DNA of 64,000 bases from an uncultured delta proteobacterium (GTDB taxonomy: Bacteria; Desulfobacterota; Binatia; Bin18), in NCBI GenBank assembly GCA_963733195.1, contig CAVTCR010000065.1, positions 64,001 through 128,000 on the forward strand. The letters run 5' to 3'. The notes under the pieces were generated by a model. That model did not search any database. It saw nothing but the letters and a program-made list of their open reading frames with translations, and had not been told where the DNA came from. Each line of letters opens with the position of its first letter. The stretch's first letter is position 1. Of this stretch, positions 63,710 to 64,000 are shown piece after piece. Made by a program: the position numbers and the translations under genes.

Positions 63710-64000
63710 TTATCCGTTCATCGCCTTAATGGATGGTGCAAAAAAGTAGCCGCCTCCTGTGGGGATTACCCAACGAGGCTGCGGTAAAGCCACTTCTTCA
63801 GTACCATCTCCAAACGCAATGCGAAACTTCCGAGGGAGGTTTCTATTATTTTGCCCGATGATCGGATCGTAACCTGGCTCCTTCTTATCTCTGAACCAAG
63901 AAGAATTCGCTACGTGTTTGTATATGTTCAAATTGATTTTCAATCGAGGTTTGGTAAGCAATGAAGAAGAGACCTCGGTCAACGGTATCGTCGATAGGGT
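63710..64000 (-). CDS. DyP-type peroxidase, C-terminal part (runs off the window)
   Basis: DRGLFFIAYQTSIENQFEHIQ..ANSSWF..GYDPIIGQ..WVIPTGGGYFFAPSIKA. Confidence 0.88.
   Translation of the reverse strand, partial: TLSTIPLTEVSSSLLTKPRLKINLNIYKHVANSSWFRDKKEPGYDPIIGQNNRNLPRKFRIAFGDGTEEVALPQPRWVIPTGGGYFFAPSIKAMNG

Noticed and set aside
50000-64000. Mass pseudogenisation or programmed frameshifting of the kinase and RiPP genes (also at 23-40 kb)
   Set aside because: Breaks are mostly single-base indels that rise in density toward the window end, affect unrelated genes and leave motifs intact. Long-read error is the simpler explanation, although real decay cannot be excluded without reads.

Overview
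Bacterial chromosomal window of moderately high GC. The gene families and the heptamer-repeat-containing AAA-TPR genes are of the kind I associate with Binatia/Deltaproteobacteria-like metagenome bins (inference only). Many genes at 0.9-5.3, 23-40 and 50-64 kb carry single-base indels that look like long-read errors, so several CDS below are stitched across frames. Layout: (1) 0-7 kb, a co-directional cluster of divergent or degenerate homologues (CorA-like, two pseudo-HATPase proteins, an ACT-malic-enzyme-like gene, three copies of a small Trp-motif protein, a pentapeptide protein, a C4 Zn-ribbon protein) with a sigma54 promoter. (2) 7-24 kb, housekeeping genes: aat, APH-like kinase, crcB, rubrerythrin-DUF3501-PerR/Fur, PuuD-like, CDF, DASS, DHH, acoABX, Uma2, GNAT, YbaY-NlpE-META. 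(3) 24-35 kb, a wHTH-AAA-TPR regulator divergent from arylsulfatase-BASS-DUF1622, then EEP, amidohydrolase and FAD oxidoreductase. (4) 35-41 kb, three toxin-antitoxin-type pairs among remnants of a multicopy AAA-TPR gene. (5) 41-64 kb, a minus-strand run read from the right end: DyP peroxidase, two unannotated NHLP/TOMM-like precursor genes, a YcaO cyclodehydratase and a PhyH dioxygenase, followed directly by two giant soluble Ser/Thr kinase-AAA-TPR-GAF-histidine kinases each with a receiver protein, a REC-adenylate cyclase, an amidase, a cyclase-AAA-TPR protein and a peroxiredoxin-like protein. The best candidate for an undescribed system is this RiPP cluster coupled to cytoplasmic kinase/cyclase signalling.
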